A stretch of DNA of 64,000 nucleotides, taken from the IMG/VR virus record IMGVR_UViG_3300025133_000030, positions 32,001 to 96,000 of that record; one strand, 5' to 3'. Of the stretch, positions 63,353 through 64,000 are shown piece after piece. A model generated the notes under the pieces. The model searched no databases. It worked only from the letters and a program-made list of their open reading frames with translations, and was not told the origin of the DNA. Source of the DNA: a virus. A program made the translations under genes and the position numbers. The number at the start of each line of letters is the position of its first letter. The first letter of the stretch is position 1.

Positions 63353-64000
63353 TCAAGTTACTGGTAAGAGGACCGGCACTAAGCCGCTCAGGATATGGCG
63401 AGCAGACAAGGTTTGCAATGAAAGCCCTTCGAGAAGAAGAGCACAAGTATGATATATATCTGGAAAACGTTGGCTGGGGCCAAACCGGAGTCGTTGCTGA
63501 AGACACAGATGAAAAGAGGTGGTTGGAGTCTTTAGTCGCCAAGACCGCAGCCTATAAACAGTCCGGCGGCAAGTACGATATTTCTTTACAAGTGACTATT
63601 CCAAACGAATGGGAAAAATTGGCCCCTATTAATGTTGGGTACACTGCTGGCATTGAGGTCGACCGAATATCACACGTGTGGATCGAGAAAGCAAAAATAA
63701 TGGATAGAATTATTGTAATTTCAAACCACGCAAAAGACACCTTTAATAGCACTAAATATGATATGCTTGACAACGATCGGAACCCGATCGGCACCTTAGA
63801 AAATAAAACTAGAATAGATGTAGTAAACTACCCAGTAAGGACATGCTCCCCCGGTGCACCACTTGAGCTTGATTTGGAGCACGACACTAATTTTCTGGCT
63901 GTAGCACAATGGTGCCCTCGAAAGAATTTTGAAAACACTGTTCGCTGGTTTTTAGATGAGTTTAGGAACGACGAAGTTGGGCTTGTTCTAAAAACCAATA
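63349..64000 (+). CDS. second glycosyltransferase (partial, runs off the window)
   Basis: GPALSRSGYGEQTR, IPNEW, GYTAGIE, QWCPRKNF. Confidence 0.8.
   Translation, partial: MIKLLVRGPALSRSGYGEQTRFAMKALREEEHKYDIYLENVGWGQTGVVAEDTDEKRWLESLVAKTAAYKQSGGKYDISLQVTIPNEWEKLAPINVGYTAGIEVDRISHVWIEKAKIMDRIIVISNHAKDTFNSTKYDMLDNDRNPIGTLENKTRIDVVNYPVRTCSPGAPLELDLEHDTNFLAVAQWCPRKNFENTVRWFLDEFRNDEVGLVLKTN

Overview
The window reads as a segment of a large (jumbo/T4-like) bacteriophage genome rather than a bacterial chromosome. It is gene-dense and nearly all on the + strand, with one clear - strand gene. It carries isolated host-like auxiliary genes (groEL without groES, two clpP, tdk, short purA, minimal tilS, phoH, glutaredoxin, GT4 glycosyltransferases, a MoxR/VWA pair), seven tRNAs and a tmRNA. 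There are many sigma70-type TTGACA promoters, plus a separate ACTANTTA motif ahead of virion-type genes. Several genes resemble myxobacterial surface proteins (CglF-like, TSP3 repeats with a MYXO-CTERM-like tail), which suggests a Myxococcota-like host (inference). The main finding is two promoter-headed tandem arrays (about 27.1-28.4 kb and 30.6-33.6 kb) holding about 23 small, highly divergent 'MKVGDLV...LEVISESR' SH3/KOW-like genes. They are joined by a conserved ~30-bp junction (TTGGAGGTnRTCAGTGAAAGTCGGTGAYTTGGT) that provides the Shine-Dalgarno and start of the next gene and the stop of the previous one. Every unit is 3n+1 bp long, so units could be swapped without breaking a frame, like an integron/CRISPR-style library of protein cassettes. 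Other observations: an iteron-like origin/terminus candidate at 37.2-38.2 kb, two structured ncRNA candidates, two routes for AUA decoding, and an unannotated 9-Cys peptide. All family calls come from recognising motifs by eye; no database searches were run.
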